Shown here piece after piece: positions 9,313 through 19,010 of a stretch of 64,000 nt of DNA. Source of the stretch: Thermofilaceae archaeon (GTDB lineage Archaea; Thermoproteota; Thermoprotei; Thermofilales; Thermofilaceae); assembly GCA_038727095.1 (NCBI GenBank), contig JAVYWK010000001.1, forward strand, positions 1 to 64,000, read 5' to 3'. The notes beneath the pieces were generated by a model that ran no database searches, was not told the DNA's origin, and saw only the letters and a list, made by a program, of their open reading frames with translations. The translations under genes were made by a program, and so were the position numbers. How positions within the stretch are numbered: position 1 is the stretch's first letter; each line of letters starts with the position of its first letter.

Positions 9313-10512
9313 CTAACCCACCCTCGCGGGAGCGTAAGCCGACGTGGCCAGCTTGACCGCCACGATGAGCCCTACACCGGCGACGAGTAGAGGGGGGAGC
9401 ACATCGGAGGTCGCTCTGAAAGTCAGCTCGGCCGCCACCCCTGCACCGAAGACGGCTAAGAGGGAACCGAGCAGCCTGGCTGCCCTCTCAACGTTTGAAA
9501 GCGGGAGCTCCAACTTAAGCTTCGATAGATCGGGACCCGCCGCTGAACCGGTGTACAGAGCACCACCCCTGGAGTACGTGAAGATCCAGTAGGGCGCAAA
9601 GACCAGTGAAGCCCGCTTGAAGCTCACTGAGGGCTTGAACCTCAACAGCTGCACGCTCACAACGCTCCCCCCAACTTGCCTCTCAGCGCTCCACCTAGCT
9701 TCCGCGGCCGCATCATCCTCCAGCTCATCCTCGGCTCGGGCTCTCGCAACCCCCTCACTGAGCTCCGGCGCCAGGATGCTGGACGCGAACCGCTTCGCCT
9801 CCTCAGCACTCAACCTCTGCGGGGGACCGTAGTACCACATGCTCTGAACCCAGGTTCTCAGCTGCTCTCCACCGTAGATTTCAACCGCGAACCTCGCGGG
9901 TAGCGCCTTCACCGAGTCAAACACGACCCGCCCCGAAACCCTGGTACGCCTCGTCTCCACCCTCACCCTGGTGGATCGTTCGCGATCGAAGGGCCCGCCC
10001 GGGACCACTCGAGTTTCCTGATACGTAACGAGCGCCACGTACTCCGCGTCAACGTGCGCTTCGAAAACCCAGAAGGGAACGTAGCGCAGCTCCGCGGACA
10101 CGAGCTCGCAGCCGCTGCGCTCCACCAGCCCCCTGAGATCCTCCCGCCGCCCCGCGGGCCACGCTAGCAGTGAAACCTCCTCGCCGAACACACTGCCGGC
10201 CCAGCCGCAGTAGGGGCACACGTAAACCACGATCTCTGGCGTGAGCTGGATTGACGCCCCGCACTGCGGGCACCGGTAGCTGACCGCGATCAGCACATCA
10301 TCGACTTTGAAGCCCATCGCCCTCAGCGCCCTCAGCGCATCGACGCGGACCCTATCACCCAGCAGCTCGCTGTACTTGCGCTTCGCCAGCTCGTAGAGAA
10401 GGGAGGTTAGAGCCTGCTCAAGCCCCGGCTGAGGCGGACTGGCCTTTGCCGACAGGTAGACCAGGCGGCCGTCACCCGTGGTAGCGGCAACGTAGGCCGA
10501 CGCTTCACCCAT
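9313..10512 (-). CDS. Zinc-ribbon membrane protein (paralogous architecture to 8433..9311)
   Basis: CPQCG...CPYCG, YVPFW, FAPYW, two C-terminal TM helices. Confidence 0.75.
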   Translation of the reverse strand: MGEASAYVAATTGDGRLVYLSAKASPPQPGLEQALTSLLYELAKRKYSELLGDRVRVDALRALRAMGFKVDDVLIAVSYRCPQCGASIQLTPEIVVYVCPYCGWAGSVFGEEVSLLAWPAGRREDLRGLVERSGCELVSAELRYVPFWVFEAHVDAEYVALVTYQETRVVPGGPFDRERSTRVRVETRRTRVSGRVVFDSVKALPARFAVEIYGGEQLRTWVQSMWYYGPPQRLSAEEAKRFASSILAPELSEGVARARAEDELEDDAAAEARWSAERQVGGSVVSVQLLRFKPSVSFKRASLVFAPYWIFTYSRGGALYTGSAAGPDLSKLKLELPLSNVERAARLLGSLLAVFGAGVAAELTFRATSDVLPPLLVAGVGLIVAVKLATSAYAPARVG

Positions 10513-10601
10513 GAGTACACCCTACGAAGCCTGTTTTCGCTCAGTTATATTTACTCGCTACCCACAAACAAGCTTTTTAGCGCTTCAACGGAGGTTAAGC
10601 G

Positions 10602-10656
10602 GGGATGATGTCGCGACGGTCTCTCGAGCGGTGACGACTCTTTTCGCCCCTGACCC
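10602..10656 (+). ncRNA. C/D box methylation-guide sRNA
   Basis: C ATGATGT 10605-11, 12-nt guide, D' TCGA 10624-27, C' GTGACGA 10631-37, 12-nt guide, D CTGA 10650-53, GGG/CCC terminal stem, TTTTTA upstream. Confidence 0.8.
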
Positions 10657-10817
10657 ACCTTGACCAACCTCTGAATAAACAGTCAATCACCACCCCGGTG
10701 CGCGCCCGCTGCTCAACCGCGCCTTCCTCCAGCGCGTCGAGTACGATCCGCGCGAAGCGTAGAGCTCCAACGAAGAGCGCTGGACTCTTGGATCCTCTTC
10801 CGATCGCGCGCGGCCTT

Positions 10818-11918
10818 TCAACGAGGAACCCCTATCAATCTTGCGAGAAGCTCTCCGGACTCCAGCACTCTGCACAGCTTGTTGTGGTGGAGCTTCAAGC
10901 CCCGCCTTACGGGGCGGGGGAAGGCCTCGTAGTCGCGCTCGTCCAGCAGATGCACGTTGGGTGGCGGTTGTCCGGGCTTTAGTAAGTGCTCGAAAACCGT
11001 CTTCCTAAGGGAGTAGCGCGCAGCCATGTGCCAGGCTTGGCAGCAGTCGTGACCGTAGCGCGCGAAATCCGGCCAGAAGCCATCCTTGCACACTGTTACC
11101 ACCCCCCGACTCCCGATCTCCCTCCGCAGCCTATCCAGCATCCGCGCGCGCCAGTGGACCCCGGGCCTGAGCAGAGCGGTGCTCTTGGGGGAGTAGGGTT
11201 CCCACCGGTACAGGCCCACGTACTCGTCAGCGCGAACCCCGAGAGCCGAAGCTACCATCACGAGGCCATCCATCGTCTCCCTCAGCGGTTCAACGATGAC
11301 TCCCCTGCAGCCGTGCTCCAACGCCGAGCGGGCGGTTTCGACCTGCTCATCCTCGATACCAGGGATGAGCGGCTGCACTCTCGCGACCACGGGCACCCCG
11401 TGCTCGCCGAGCTCCTCAGCGAGGGCTAGCCTGGAGGAGGGTGAAGGCGCGTTGGGCTCGAGGCGATGCGCAAGCTTCTCGTCGAGCGCCGCTACGCTCA
11501 CCTGCACGAGGACCAACCCCTCCTCGGCCAGCTTCAGCAGAGCGTCGAGCCAGGGTGGGTTGCCGAGCATTATCGACTTCGTGTTTACTACGAGGGGGAC
11601 CTTGTTCTCGTATGCGGCCCGCATGATCTCGAGGGAGAAACGGCGCTCAGCCTCAGTATTCTGGAAGGGTTCCGCGAGCGTGGAGAGGCGAAAGTAGGGT
11701 GGGGGGACGCCCGCTCTGCCGAGCTGCTCGGCCAAGCGCCTCCACTGCTTGACGAGGCGCCTCCCCGCCACTGGGTGGGGTGATCTGTACCAGCTGGCGT
11801 AGCAGTACACGCAGCCGTAGGGGCACGAACGGTAGGGCTCTAGGCGGAAGATCGAGTAGCAGAGCGCGCTGATAATGCTGCTGGGCTTCACGGCGAACGT
11901 CGGCCAATCGATTCTCAT
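10818..11918 (-). CDS. Radical SAM protein (SPL/DNA repair photolyase-like)
   Basis: LEPYRSCPYGCVYCYA (CxxxCxxC), TKS, LEPNAPSPSSRL, PLIPG. Confidence 0.85.
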   Translation of the reverse strand: MRIDWPTFAVKPSSIISALCYSIFRLEPYRSCPYGCVYCYASWYRSPHPVAGRRLVKQWRRLAEQLGRAGVPPPYFRLSTLAEPFQNTEAERRFSLEIMRAAYENKVPLVVNTKSIMLGNPPWLDALLKLAEEGLVLVQVSVAALDEKLAHRLEPNAPSPSSRLALAEELGEHGVPVVARVQPLIPGIEDEQVETARSALEHGCRGVIVEPLRETMDGLVMVASALGVRADEYVGLYRWEPYSPKSTALLRPGVHWRARMLDRLRREIGSRGVVTVCKDGFWPDFARYGHDCCQAWHMAARYSLRKTVFEHLLKPGQPPPNVHLLDERDYEAFPRPVRRGLKLHHNKLCRVLESGELLARLIGVPR

Positions 11919-13144
11919 GCCATTTGCGTGAGCAGCTTCACGATCCCGCTGAGAGCTGCGGCTAGGGCGTCCACCTCCTCCCTGACGTTGTAGATGTAGA
12001 AGCTGGCGCGCACCGTCCCCTCCCTCAGCCCCAGGTACTCGTGGAGGGGTTGGGCGCAGTGGAAGCCGCTCCGCACCGCGATCCCGCGCTGGTCGAGGAG
12101 CGCTGCAACCGAGTGGGGGTCGAGCCCCCTCACGTTGAAGGGCACTATCCCGCCCCTATGCTCGGGCTCCGGCCCGTAGAACTCCAATCCCTCCAGCTCT
12201 GAGAGCCTCTTCAGCGCGTACCGGGTGAGCTCGATCTCGTGGAGCCTCACGTTCTCCATCCCCAGCCTCTCGAGGTACATCACGGCCTCCGCGAGGCCCA
12301 CGCCGCCGGCGATGTTCGGCGTCCCCGCCTCGAACTTCCAGGGCAGCTCGTTCCAGGCTGGCTTGATCTCGCCGCCCTCGTACCTGACCTCCTTCACCAT
12401 GTCCCCCCCGTATAGGAAGGGGGGCATCTCCTCGAGCAGCTCCTCCCTCCCCCACAGGACGCCGATCCCGCTGGGGCCCAGCATCTTGTGCCCGCTGAAG
12501 GCGAGGAAGTCGCACTCCAGCTCCCTCACGTTCACCGGAAGGTGGGGGACGCTCTGCGCCCCATCAACCAGGCAGATTGCACCGACCTTGTGCGCCAGCC
12601 TAGCAACCCTCCTGACGTCCACGATCGTCCCCAGGACGTTTGAAGCCTGAGTGATAGCCACGATCCTAGTCCTCTCCGTGACCGCCTGCTCCAGGGCCTC
12701 GTAATCCAGCGTATAGTCGCTGCGCAAGCCGACCAGCTTGACCCTGGCCCCCCTCATCCTCGCCACCGCGACCCACGGAAGCAGGTTGCTGTGGTGCTCC
12801 ATCACGCTCACGACCACTTCATCGCCCTCCTTGAGCTCGCTCAACCCCCAGGAGTAGGCGACGAGGTTGATCGCCTCCGTCGTGTTCCTCACGAAGACCA
12901 CCTCCCTCCAGCTGCGAGCCCCGATGAAACGGGCGACCACTTCGTGGGCCTCCTCGTAAGCCTCGCTCGCCTCCCTGCTCAGCCTGTGAACCCCCCTGTG
13001 GATGTTCGCGTACCTGCTCTCGTAGAACCTCGTCAGGGCTTCGATGACCTGCCTGGGCTTCTGGGAGGTCGCCGCGTTGTCCAGGTAGACGAAGCCTCTC
13101 TCGAGTATGGGGAAGTCCCTCCGGATCTCGTAGGGGTCCAGCAT
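11915..13144 (-). CDS. sufS: Cysteine desulfurase, SufS family
   Basis: YLDNAATSQKP, EHHSN, FSGHKMLGPSG, EAGTPN, RSGFHCAQP; start placed at MLDPYEIR. Confidence 0.92.
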   Translation of the reverse strand: MLDPYEIRRDFPILERGFVYLDNAATSQKPRQVIEALTRFYESRYANIHRGVHRLSREASEAYEEAHEVVARFIGARSWREVVFVRNTTEAINLVAYSWGLSELKEGDEVVVSVMEHHSNLLPWVAVARMRGARVKLVGLRSDYTLDYEALEQAVTERTRIVAITQASNVLGTIVDVRRVARLAHKVGAICLVDGAQSVPHLPVNVRELECDFLAFSGHKMLGPSGIGVLWGREELLEEMPPFLYGGDMVKEVRYEGGEIKPAWNELPWKFEAGTPNIAGGVGLAEAVMYLERLGMENVRLHEIELTRYALKRLSELEGLEFYGPEPEHRGGIVPFNVRGLDPHSVAALLDQRGIAVRSGFHCAQPLHEYLGLREGTVRASFYIYNVREEVDALAAALSGIVKLLTQMA

Positions 13145-13175
13145 CGATTGAAAGCCGCGACGCTGGCTGAAAAAG

Positions 13176-13367
13176 GTGATGGCCGACAGCGTTATAAGCC
13201 GCGCCTCAGGCGTTGGGGGCGTGGGGAGGGAGGAGCGGCTAAGGATAGAGCGGGAGAGGAGGAGGGCTGAGCGGAAGAGGCAGAGCTCACAGCTGATAAA
13301 GGTAATCATCCTGCTGCTCATCGCACTAATGCTCTCCTCAAGCCTTCTGATCCTGCTTCTGCCCTAA
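13176..13367 (+). CDS. Small basic protein with C-terminal TM helix
   Basis: Charged segment followed by a hydrophobic tail; divergent from sufS; start uncertain. Confidence 0.45.
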   Translation: MMADSVISRASGVGGVGREERLRIERERRRAERKRQSSQLIKVIILLLIALMLSSSLLILLLP

Positions 13368-13793
13368 TCAACGCCGGTGTTCAAGCCTCTTCACCACTCT
13401 TTTCAGCGGCTTGCCGGTTCTACTCTTCAGCCCCACGCTTTCAGGTCGCAGGCTGAGGGTTGGGTACATTTGACAGCTGTCACAGGGTGTAACTTACACC
13501 CCTATCGCTTCAGCGTCTCATCGTAAGACACGCGTCTAAGAGGTAAGCCCAGCCCGCCTCAGCAACTATTCAGCAGCCAATCGCTCAGCAGACCATCAAC
13601 GTCCCAACGAGGGTTGAGCTACGCGAGCGACAACAATAGCGAGCCACCTCTGGGAAGCGATCCCCAGCTCTTGCACTGTGTGGCAACTCTTAATTGAGTA
13701 AAAAGCCCCACGCAGGAGTGCAGTCCAGGGTAAGCCGTTAAGAAATGGTATCACTTGAGCTCCATTGATAAAAAAGAGAAAAGATTTAAGCTT

Positions 13794-15281
13794 TTACTTC
13801 CTCCACTCGATAACCTCGACCTTCACGTATAGGGTGCCGCTGCACTCGATCCTAAGCCAGCCCTCCCTGATCCCCTCCTTCACATTACCGCTGGGGCCGG
13901 CCTGCGTGTAGCCTGCCACGCAGTAGTTCTTTGGGACGTTGGGGCTGCAGCCGTACCCCTCGATGATGAAGTACTCCTTAATCCTGAGGTCCCAAGTCCT
14001 GTTCAGGGGCATGGGGTCGTAGCCGGGCTGGCCGAAGGCCTCCAGCGCGCCAACGTCTATGATGAAGGTGGCCCACCCCTCACCCTCCATCCCACGGGGT
14101 GGTATAGTGAAGCCCAGCCTCAGGTGGTCCACGGTGTTCCTCACCACGAGCTCCACGTAATTGTCCGGAAGATCTCTGGGCTTGACATGTTTGACTTGGA
14201 TTCTGACCCTCTCCCAGCCCTCCGGCATTTCAAGGTAGACGGCGATGCCCCAGCCCTCTAGCTTGATCCACCCGTCGCCCACGTACTCGTAGTCCCCGCT
14301 GAGGGGTAGCACAGCCCACCTGCCTATCGGTATCATCCTCACCTTTACGGGCCCCTCGGGCGTCAACACTTCCGCGTACTTGATCGGGTAGTTCCTCTTC
14401 GAGAAGACGTGGAGCTGGATTAGCTCAGCGTCGCCCATGATGGGCATGGGGATCACTCTGCTGGGGTAGTCGAACTGTGTTACGTTGTTTAGGGTCCAGC
14501 CGTGCAGCTTCACTCTCCAGCCCGTTACGCAGGCGAGGTGGGTGTCGTTGTACTCGGCGCAACCCTTCTGGTCGGTGAACGGTTCGATGTAGAGCGTCAC
14601 GTTCAAGGGGACTTCCAGTAGAGTATCGTTCTCGTAGAGGGTTCTGGCCGGCGTGAAGGTCCCGTTCACCCAGGTCGCGTTCACCCACACTGGCGCGAGG
14701 ATGCTTGAGAGCTTCACCAGGGCTGCAACCTTCTCGAAGGCGAGGTAGAGGCTCTCATCCTTCTCTACCTCCAACACCACTGAGCCGTTCAGCGGCCTGT
14801 AGCCCTTGGGCGCCACGGGCGTCACGTTCACCACGCTGCACCGCTGGAGGCTCAGCTCGACTGGGAGGGTGTGGAGCACGCCGTTCACCAGCGCGGATGC
14901 GTTAACCACGTTCGCGACGATCGAAAGCGTGTGGATCGGCCTCTCGAAGACAGCCCTTACAGTCGTGTTGCCTGCGACAGCCAGCTCAAACATGGAGTCC
15001 TCGACCGGCGTTCCGTTTACGAGCAGCTGCTTCAAAACATGGCATACTTCTGGCACGACCTCGATTATGGCTGCGAAGGGCTTTGTGGAGTTCACGAGGC
15101 TCGCGGGAGAGCCATTCACCAGCAGCCTGCCGGAGCCCTCTACCTCCAGCCTCAGCAGGTACACCTCCTTGGTCCCAGTTCCAACCGTCGTGTCTGTACT
15201 CTTAAGCTGTCCACTATGGAGGAGCAACAGTACTGCCAGCACTGCTGCCAGTGCGCACAGTGCCGGCAGAACCCTCTTCAT
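13794..15281 (-). CDS. Secreted/membrane-anchored surface glycoprotein with beta-rich repeat modules (paralog A)
   Basis: N-terminal signal/anchor, repeated L.VNG[ST]...TVRAVFE modules, many N-x-S/T sequons; paralogous to 28920..30347. Confidence 0.75.
   Translation of the reverse strand: MKRVLPALCALAAVLAVLLLLHSGQLKSTDTTVGTGTKEVYLLRLEVEGSGRLLVNGSPASLVNSTKPFAAIIEVVPEVCHVLKQLLVNGTPVEDSMFELAVAGNTTVRAVFERPIHTLSIVANVVNASALVNGVLHTLPVELSLQRCSVVNVTPVAPKGYRPLNGSVVLEVEKDESLYLAFEKVAALVKLSSILAPVWVNATWVNGTFTPARTLYENDTLLEVPLNVTLYIEPFTDQKGCAEYNDTHLACVTGWRVKLHGWTLNNVTQFDYPSRVIPMPIMGDAELIQLHVFSKRNYPIKYAEVLTPEGPVKVRMIPIGRWAVLPLSGDYEYVGDGWIKLEGWGIAVYLEMPEGWERVRIQVKHVKPRDLPDNYVELVVRNTVDHLRLGFTIPPRGMEGEGWATFIIDVGALEAFGQPGYDPMPLNRTWDLRIKEYFIIEGYGCSPNVPKNYCVAGYTQAGPSGNVKEGIREGWLRIECSGTLYVKVEVIEWRK
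14818..14877. repeat. 60-nt exact repeat shared with 29890-29949, inside a longer similar block
   Basis: GGCGTCACGTTCACCACGCTGCACCGCTGGAGGCTCAGCTCGACTGGGAGGGTGTGGAGC occurs at both loci. Confidence 0.9.
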
Positions 15282-15519
15282 TGCGGATTAGAGCGCGGCG
15301 CTAGTATTTAACGGCACCGCGGTACACTCCTGCCGAGTTCCAGCTTCCAATCTACTTATGCATCAAATCAGTCTACATGTCACCTGTAGAAGCAGTACCT
15401 CGCTACACCCGGGTTGAGTGGCCCGGCTGAGCGGGCACAAGACGCGGGCAGCTTAACCGTGGGCCCCCCGTATGATAACGCTGCCCTACGTGATGGGTGT
15501 GGAGGGCTCTCTGGCAGCG

Positions 15520-15993
15520 TTAGGTTTGCCGCTGCTCCTGCCCTAGGCGGCGCCTGTAGATGATGGCGACTCCCTTAACGCCTTGGAAGCTGGTCCCGAG
15601 TAGGAGGCTAGCTGAGACGAACCCCACGTTTGGGAGGACCGCCACAACATCACCCAGGTGTTTCTGGACGTAGTCAAGTGCCTGGCCTAGGTTGGGCAGT
15701 CTATTGTAGAAGGGGTCCGTCTCAACGTAAACGATACCGTACGCCTCGCCCTCGTAAACCACCTTAACTTCCCTCTGCAGCAGCGCGGCGATCCCGGACT
15801 CGTAGGCCTGCGCTTCGACGACCCTGTAGTCTCCAATCCGCTCCTCGAATAGCTTTTTGATCGCTTCCTCCCTACTCATCCCCTGCGCCACGAGCCTCGC
15901 GATATCGTTCTCCAGCTTCGCGCGGGGGTCTCCCCACAGCGTCTGCCCCCTGTAGTACTTCAGGAGGGCATTGTAGAGGCGTTCGACATCCAC
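15520..15993 (-). CDS. Hypothetical protein
   Basis: 157-aa ORF with coding-like composition, co-oriented with the flavin reductase gene. Confidence 0.65.
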   Translation of the reverse strand: MDVERLYNALLKYYRGQTLWGDPRAKLENDIARLVAQGMSREEAIKKLFEERIGDYRVVEAQAYESGIAALLQREVKVVYEGEAYGIVYVETDPFYNRLPNLGQALDYVQKHLGDVVAVLPNVGFVSASLLLGTSFQGVKGVAIIYRRRLGQEQRQT

Positions 15994-16017
15994 GGAATTT
16001 AGGCTGCCTCAACTCTC

Positions 16018-16524
16018 TTATAGTTTTACGTCAACTATACCCCCGACCTTGAAGACCCGATCCCCTGAGTAGTGCAGAATCGGATCGAACTCCAGCATCT
16101 CAACGTGCTCAGCCACTACTCGGCCGACGACGAGCCAGTGATCCCCGAACTCCCTCATCAGCTCAACAACGCACTCGAGCTGTACCGGGCACTCCCCAAC
16201 GCGGGGCGGCTTCACCTTCACGCTCGGCACCGGAGTGAGACCCGCAAGCTTGAACTTGTCAACATCCCTCCCCGAGTAGCGGCCGCAGATCCAAACCTTC
16301 TGAAGGAGGTCGAAGGTCGGCACGTTGACAACGAACTCGCCGACCTCCCGAAGGTTTGAGAAAGTGTGCCTCTGCGGGGCAACACTGAAGGCTACATACT
16401 TGGGGTCGAAGCTGATCGGCATGAAGAAGGAGAATGCGGCAACGTTTGGTTTACCGCTGCCATCGCACGTAGTGATCAGCACAGTGAGCCTAAGATACAA
16501 CAGTCGACTGATCCGGTGCGACAC
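16018..16524 (-). CDS. Flavin reductase family protein
   Basis: PNVAAFS, RHTFSNLREVGEFVVNVP, SGRDVDKF, GDHWLVVGRV; GTG start at 16524. Confidence 0.88.
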   Translation of the reverse strand: MSHRISRLLYLRLTVLITTCDGSGKPNVAAFSFFMPISFDPKYVAFSVAPQRHTFSNLREVGEFVVNVPTFDLLQKVWICGRYSGRDVDKFKLAGLTPVPSVKVKPPRVGECPVQLECVVELMREFGDHWLVVGRVVAEHVEMLEFDPILHYSGDRVFKVGGIVDVKL

Positions 16525-16594
16525 GGGTAAGACGACCCGTTTCTCTTTCAAAAGCTTTTTGCAGGGAAAGGCAAAATAGGGGGTGGGGTAAGGG

Positions 16595-17143
16595 GTGCGC
16601 GTGAAGGGCTGCATCTTCCTAGTGGCCCTCTCCGTAGTTGTGCCGCTCTCCTTCATAGCAGCTGCCGCCCTGCTGGCGGGCTGGTTTAACATCGTAAACA
16701 ACGCTTTGAGCGACTTGGGCCACGCGACGAGGAGCAACGTTGCCCCCCTCTTCAACTTCGGATTGAGCGCCGGCGGCGCCCTCCTCATCGTTGTCGGAGT
16801 AACCTGTGCCGCGGCGAAGTCGAAGCTCATCGGCTACACGCTCGCGGCCTCCGGCTTCATCCTCATCCTGATCGCGGTTTTTGACGAGGTTTACGGCCGA
16901 CTCCACTTCTACGTCTCGGTGGCCTTCTTCGTCTCCCTCGCAGTACTGCTAGCCGAGTACGCAGTCCTAAAGCGGGGAGTCAGAGCCGTGCTAGCGTCGC
17001 TCGCCATCATAGTCGGAGTCGCCTCGTGGGTGCTCCACCTGTACTACGGGATCCCGCCGGGAGCAGCGATACCGGAGCTAATCTCGATTGCTGTCGCATC
17101 GCCTTTCTACATCGACTTCGTGCTGGGTAAGGGCGGGGAGTAG
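16595..17143 (+). CDS. DUF998 family membrane protein
   Basis: NALSDLG, FNFGL, IAVFDEVYGRLHFYVS, AIPEL. Confidence 0.82.
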   Translation: MRVKGCIFLVALSVVVPLSFIAAAALLAGWFNIVNNALSDLGHATRSNVAPLFNFGLSAGGALLIVVGVTCAAAKSKLIGYTLAASGFILILIAVFDEVYGRLHFYVSVAFFVSLAVLLAEYAVLKRGVRAVLASLAIIVGVASWVLHLYYGIPPGAAIPELISIAVASPFYIDFVLGKGGE

Positions 17144-17220
17144 CTCAGCTTATCTTCCGAGGTTGCGGGTCCACCCCCGGAGCAGCAACTGTTTATTAGC
17201 GTTGAAGGCTTCTCAAAAGC

Positions 17221-18120
17221 GTGGATCTCAGCTGCGTCGCTGAGGAGCTTGGCGGTGAACTCTTCTCGTGCAAGAGGCTGGGTGGGCTTGCGAACGAAGC
17301 GTACCGACTGGAGGTTCGCGGGAGTGGGGGCATCGCACGCTACGCCGCTAAGGTCTACTTCGGCCGCGATGCGAAGCTAAAGGCTGTTAGGGAGTACTCC
17401 CTCTACGCTGTCGCCCCCTCCTTTGGGCTGGGGGCGCCCAAGGTTGTCCTCAAGGACTTCGAGGGGCGCTTAGTAGGCCGCCCCCTCCTTGCGTGGGAGT
17501 GGATCGAGGGGGTGAAATGTGAGGATCAATTGAAGAAAACCCTGTTGACGGCTAGGCTCGTTGGGGCGGGGCTAGCCCGCTTCCACGAAATCCCGTACGA
17601 GAGGGTGAACGTTGCTCCGCCCGCGGAGGGGTTCTGGATGAGGGAGATCGAAAGCGTCAGGTTCCTGCTAAAGCTCTCCAACCTGAGCGTCCACCCCAGC
17701 CTTCTGCAGCCTCCGGAATCGGAGGAGGTGGCGCTACTTCACGGCGACTACAACCCGGGGAACCTGCTCCTCTCGAGTGGGAAGCTCTACGTGATGGACG
17801 CGGAGAGCTTGAGCGCGGGCGACCCGCTCTACGACGTCGCGTACGCCTTCGCCTTCCTCTGGGCGAGCAACGTTCGCGCCGCTGAGAAGTTCGCAGCGGA
17901 GTACTTCGCTCTAACGGGGCGGGAGACGAGGGGGTTGGCCAAGCTGGTTAGGCTGGTGGCCCTGAAGCTGTACTGCATGCTATCCTTCCCCGCGATGAGG
18001 AGCTACTTGCGTTGGAAGCTGGGCGCCGCATACCCGCTCGCGGAGCTGCTCTTCCTCAACAGGTTCAGGAAGCTGCTCCTCGAGCTTTCACAGCCGGGCG
18101 GGCTGCTGGTCAGCGAGTAG
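17221..18120 (+). CDS. Aminoglycoside/choline phosphotransferase (APH) family kinase
   Basis: LLHGDYNPGNLL, VMDAE, GDPLYDVA. Confidence 0.85.
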   Translation: MDLSCVAEELGGELFSCKRLGGLANEAYRLEVRGSGGIARYAAKVYFGRDAKLKAVREYSLYAVAPSFGLGAPKVVLKDFEGRLVGRPLLAWEWIEGVKCEDQLKKTLLTARLVGAGLARFHEIPYERVNVAPPAEGFWMREIESVRFLLKLSNLSVHPSLLQPPESEEVALLHGDYNPGNLLLSSGKLYVMDAESLSAGDPLYDVAYAFAFLWASNVRAAEKFAAEYFALTGRETRGLAKLVRLVALKLYCMLSFPAMRSYLRWKLGAAYPLAELLFLNRFRKLLLELSQPGGLLVSE

Positions 18121-18193
18121 CACGTTGGCTGGCCGCTAGAGGGAGTTGGATTGGGGTAAAGCTTACCCGGCTTGAGAGGGGTGGTTCCGCGCA

Positions 18194-19006
18194 GTGATCG
18201 AGAGGGTTGCGGAAATACTCGCGCGCTCGCTGAAGCTCAACTTCAAGCTGGAGGGTGGGTACGCGCTGCTGTTCGACGGGGCTGGCCGCATCCAGCTCTA
18301 CCTGTTCGAGAGGGAGCCCTTGCCCCGGCTCGGCCTCTTCGGCTACTACGCCGCGCACTTCATCGAACTCTGGGAGGGGGAGAGGCTGCTTGAAGGCTAC
18401 AGGGAGGTTGTCGAAGGCGATGCGCTCATGGCTGCAGCAGCCAGAGTGCTTCTGGGCGTCGGCGAGCCGGTCGTAAGGGTTGGCAGAGTGAGGGGCAAGT
18501 ACGGCGACCCCCACGTCTCGAAGTTCTTCGAGACGAGGAGGTTTCAGATCATCAGGGAGGTCGTGCAGGTTGGGACCGCTTCAATCCCACCCCGCATCGC
18601 ACCCGGGGATTACGCGTGGGACCTGCCGGATGAGGTCTGCAGCGGCGGCGTAGTCGGCTACCTCGACGGCTTCTGGGTAACCTTCACCAGCGGGAGGATC
18701 GGCTTCGTGAGGGGTTTGAGCGTCTACAGGGATTGCAGGATGGTAGCCGGACGGGCAGAGTACGAGTCGATGGGCGACCTGGAGGAGCGCGAAATCAGCG
18801 GCTTAAGGCTCAAGAAGATCCCCTACCGGCTCGCCGTCTCCCTCCTCAACGCCAGCGAAGCTGAGTGCTGCGGATTCAAGGTCACGGAGATGTACGGGCC
18901 AGATAGCTGGGAAACCCCATTGTGGAAGAAGGTGTACGACCGATTCGAGGTCGTCCTCCGCCCCCTACTCTTCCAGCGGTGCGAAGAATCCTGCACAAAT
19001 GCTTGA
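18194..19006 (+). CDS. Hypothetical protein
   Basis: 270-aa ORF with upstream GAGGGTG; no recognised motif. Confidence 0.65.
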   Translation: MIERVAEILARSLKLNFKLEGGYALLFDGAGRIQLYLFEREPLPRLGLFGYYAAHFIELWEGERLLEGYREVVEGDALMAAAARVLLGVGEPVVRVGRVRGKYGDPHVSKFFETRRFQIIREVVQVGTASIPPRIAPGDYAWDLPDEVCSGGVVGYLDGFWVTFTSGRIGFVRGLSVYRDCRMVAGRAEYESMGDLEEREISGLRLKKIPYRLAVSLLNASEAECCGFKVTEMYGPDSWETPLWKKVYDRFEVVLRPLLFQRCEESCTNA

Positions 19007-19010
19007 TTAA

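Noticed and set aside
13145-13321. N-terminal extensions given by the ORF track (sufS, flavin reductase, M28 peptidase, RHH protein, psmB, Lrp)
   Set aside because: They overlap divergent genes, promoters or the tRNA; family similarity begins at downstream starts
15475-15522. 10-bp hairpin TAACGCTGCC/GGCAGCGTTA as an sRNA
   Set aside because: Overlaps the stop codon of 15520..15993 and lacks complete C/D or ACA boxes; at most a 3' end structure
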